From NCBI GenBank assembly GCA_038087875.1, contig CM075997.1, positions 7,504,001-7,568,000 of the forward strand: a stretch of DNA of 64,000 nucleotides. The letters run 5' to 3'. The position numbers and the translations under genes are program-made. Below the pieces are notes generated by a model. That model worked only from the letters and a program-made list of their open reading frames with translations. It had not been told where the DNA came from and did not search any database. This DNA comes from Malacoraja senta. Lineage: Eukaryota. Shown one piece after another: positions 63,062 through 64,000 of the stretch (position 1 is its first letter; each line of letters opens with the position of its first letter).

Positions 63062-63757
63062 AAGTAATAGGAGTTGAATTGGCCATTCGGCCTACAGAGA
63101 ATACTCCGCCATTCAATCATGGCTGATCGATCTCTCCCTCCTAACCCCATTCTCATGCCGTCTCCCCATAAACTCTCACACCTGTACTAATCAAAAATTT
63201 ATCTAGCTCTGTGTAAAAAAATATCCACTGACTTGTCCTCCACAGCCTTCAGTGGCAAATAATTCCACAGATTCACCACCCTCTGAGTAAATAAATGTCT
63301 CCTCATCTCCTTCCCAAATCAACGTCCTTTAATTCTGAGGCCATGACCAATAGTCCTAGACTCTCCCACTAATGGAAACATCCTATCTACATCCACTCTA
63401 TCCAAGTCTTTCACTATTCTGTATGTTTCAATGAGGTCTCCTCATTCTTCTAAACTCCAGCGAGTTCAGGCCCAGTGCTGACTGATCATAGGTTAACATA
63501 CTCATTCCTGGGATCATTCCAGTAAACCTCCTGTGGACCCTCCACAGAGCCAGCACATCCTTCCTCACATCTGGTGCCCAAAATTGCTCACAATATTCCA
63601 AATACGGCTTTATCAGTGCCATAGAGAGCCTCAATATTACATCCCTGTTTTTGGTTCCAAGCCCCCTTGAAATAAATGCTAGCAATGAGTTTGCTTTCTT
63701 TACTACCGGTTCGACTTGCAGATTAACCTTTTGGGAATACTGCATCAACACTCCCTC
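63062..63757 (-). mobile_element. CR1 3' fragment
   Basis: KKANSLLAFISRG..KPYLEYCEQFWAP and a CR1 tail. Confidence 0.85.
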
Positions 63758-64000
63758 ATACAACGATACGATACGATAATAATTTATTGTCAGAGCAAGT
63801 CTGAAATTTGTTTTGCATCAATGAAGCTCCATTTACAGCATAACAAAAAATACAAGAGGGGCGAGAGAAGACACGCATCAAGTTATCAAGAAAGGTTCCA
63901 AAAACATCCACATTCGACAAGACATTACAATAGCAGAAGACCACATTATGTCCCGTCAGCGTACGTTTGATCTGGGGTTAAGCGCCGTGTATAGTTCAAG

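Overview
This is repeat-dense vertebrate genomic DNA, most likely from a cartilaginous fish (skate or ray). That assignment is an inference from HE1-type SINEs, HER1/CR1 LINEs and a chondrichthyan-type GPR139-like receptor. The only host-gene locus seen is a two-exon GPR139/142-like GPCR on the minus strand (32046-31971 joined to 29816-28909). It has an in-frame premature TAA and is probably a pseudogene. The rest is mostly nested transposable elements: four L1 copies (one with a 5' inversion and a 15-bp TSD), many CR1, Rex/Babar and Penelope fragments (with minimal hammerhead ribozyme motifs), a full-length DIRS element with ITRs and ICR, two Harbinger-type MITEs, an ISL2EU-like element with two inverted THAP-coding arms inside the GPCR intron, Helitron-like elements with 48-bp minisatellites, and local duplications. 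The most unexpected structure is at 55.9-57.5 kb. There a short LTR plus polypurine tract has, as its internal region, intron-less fragments of two host cell-cycle mRNAs (TLK2 and ASPM) joined as a mosaic. This looks like LTR-mediated capture of host transcripts. All family and gene assignments come from recalled motifs; no database search was run, and coordinates of decayed repeats are approximate.
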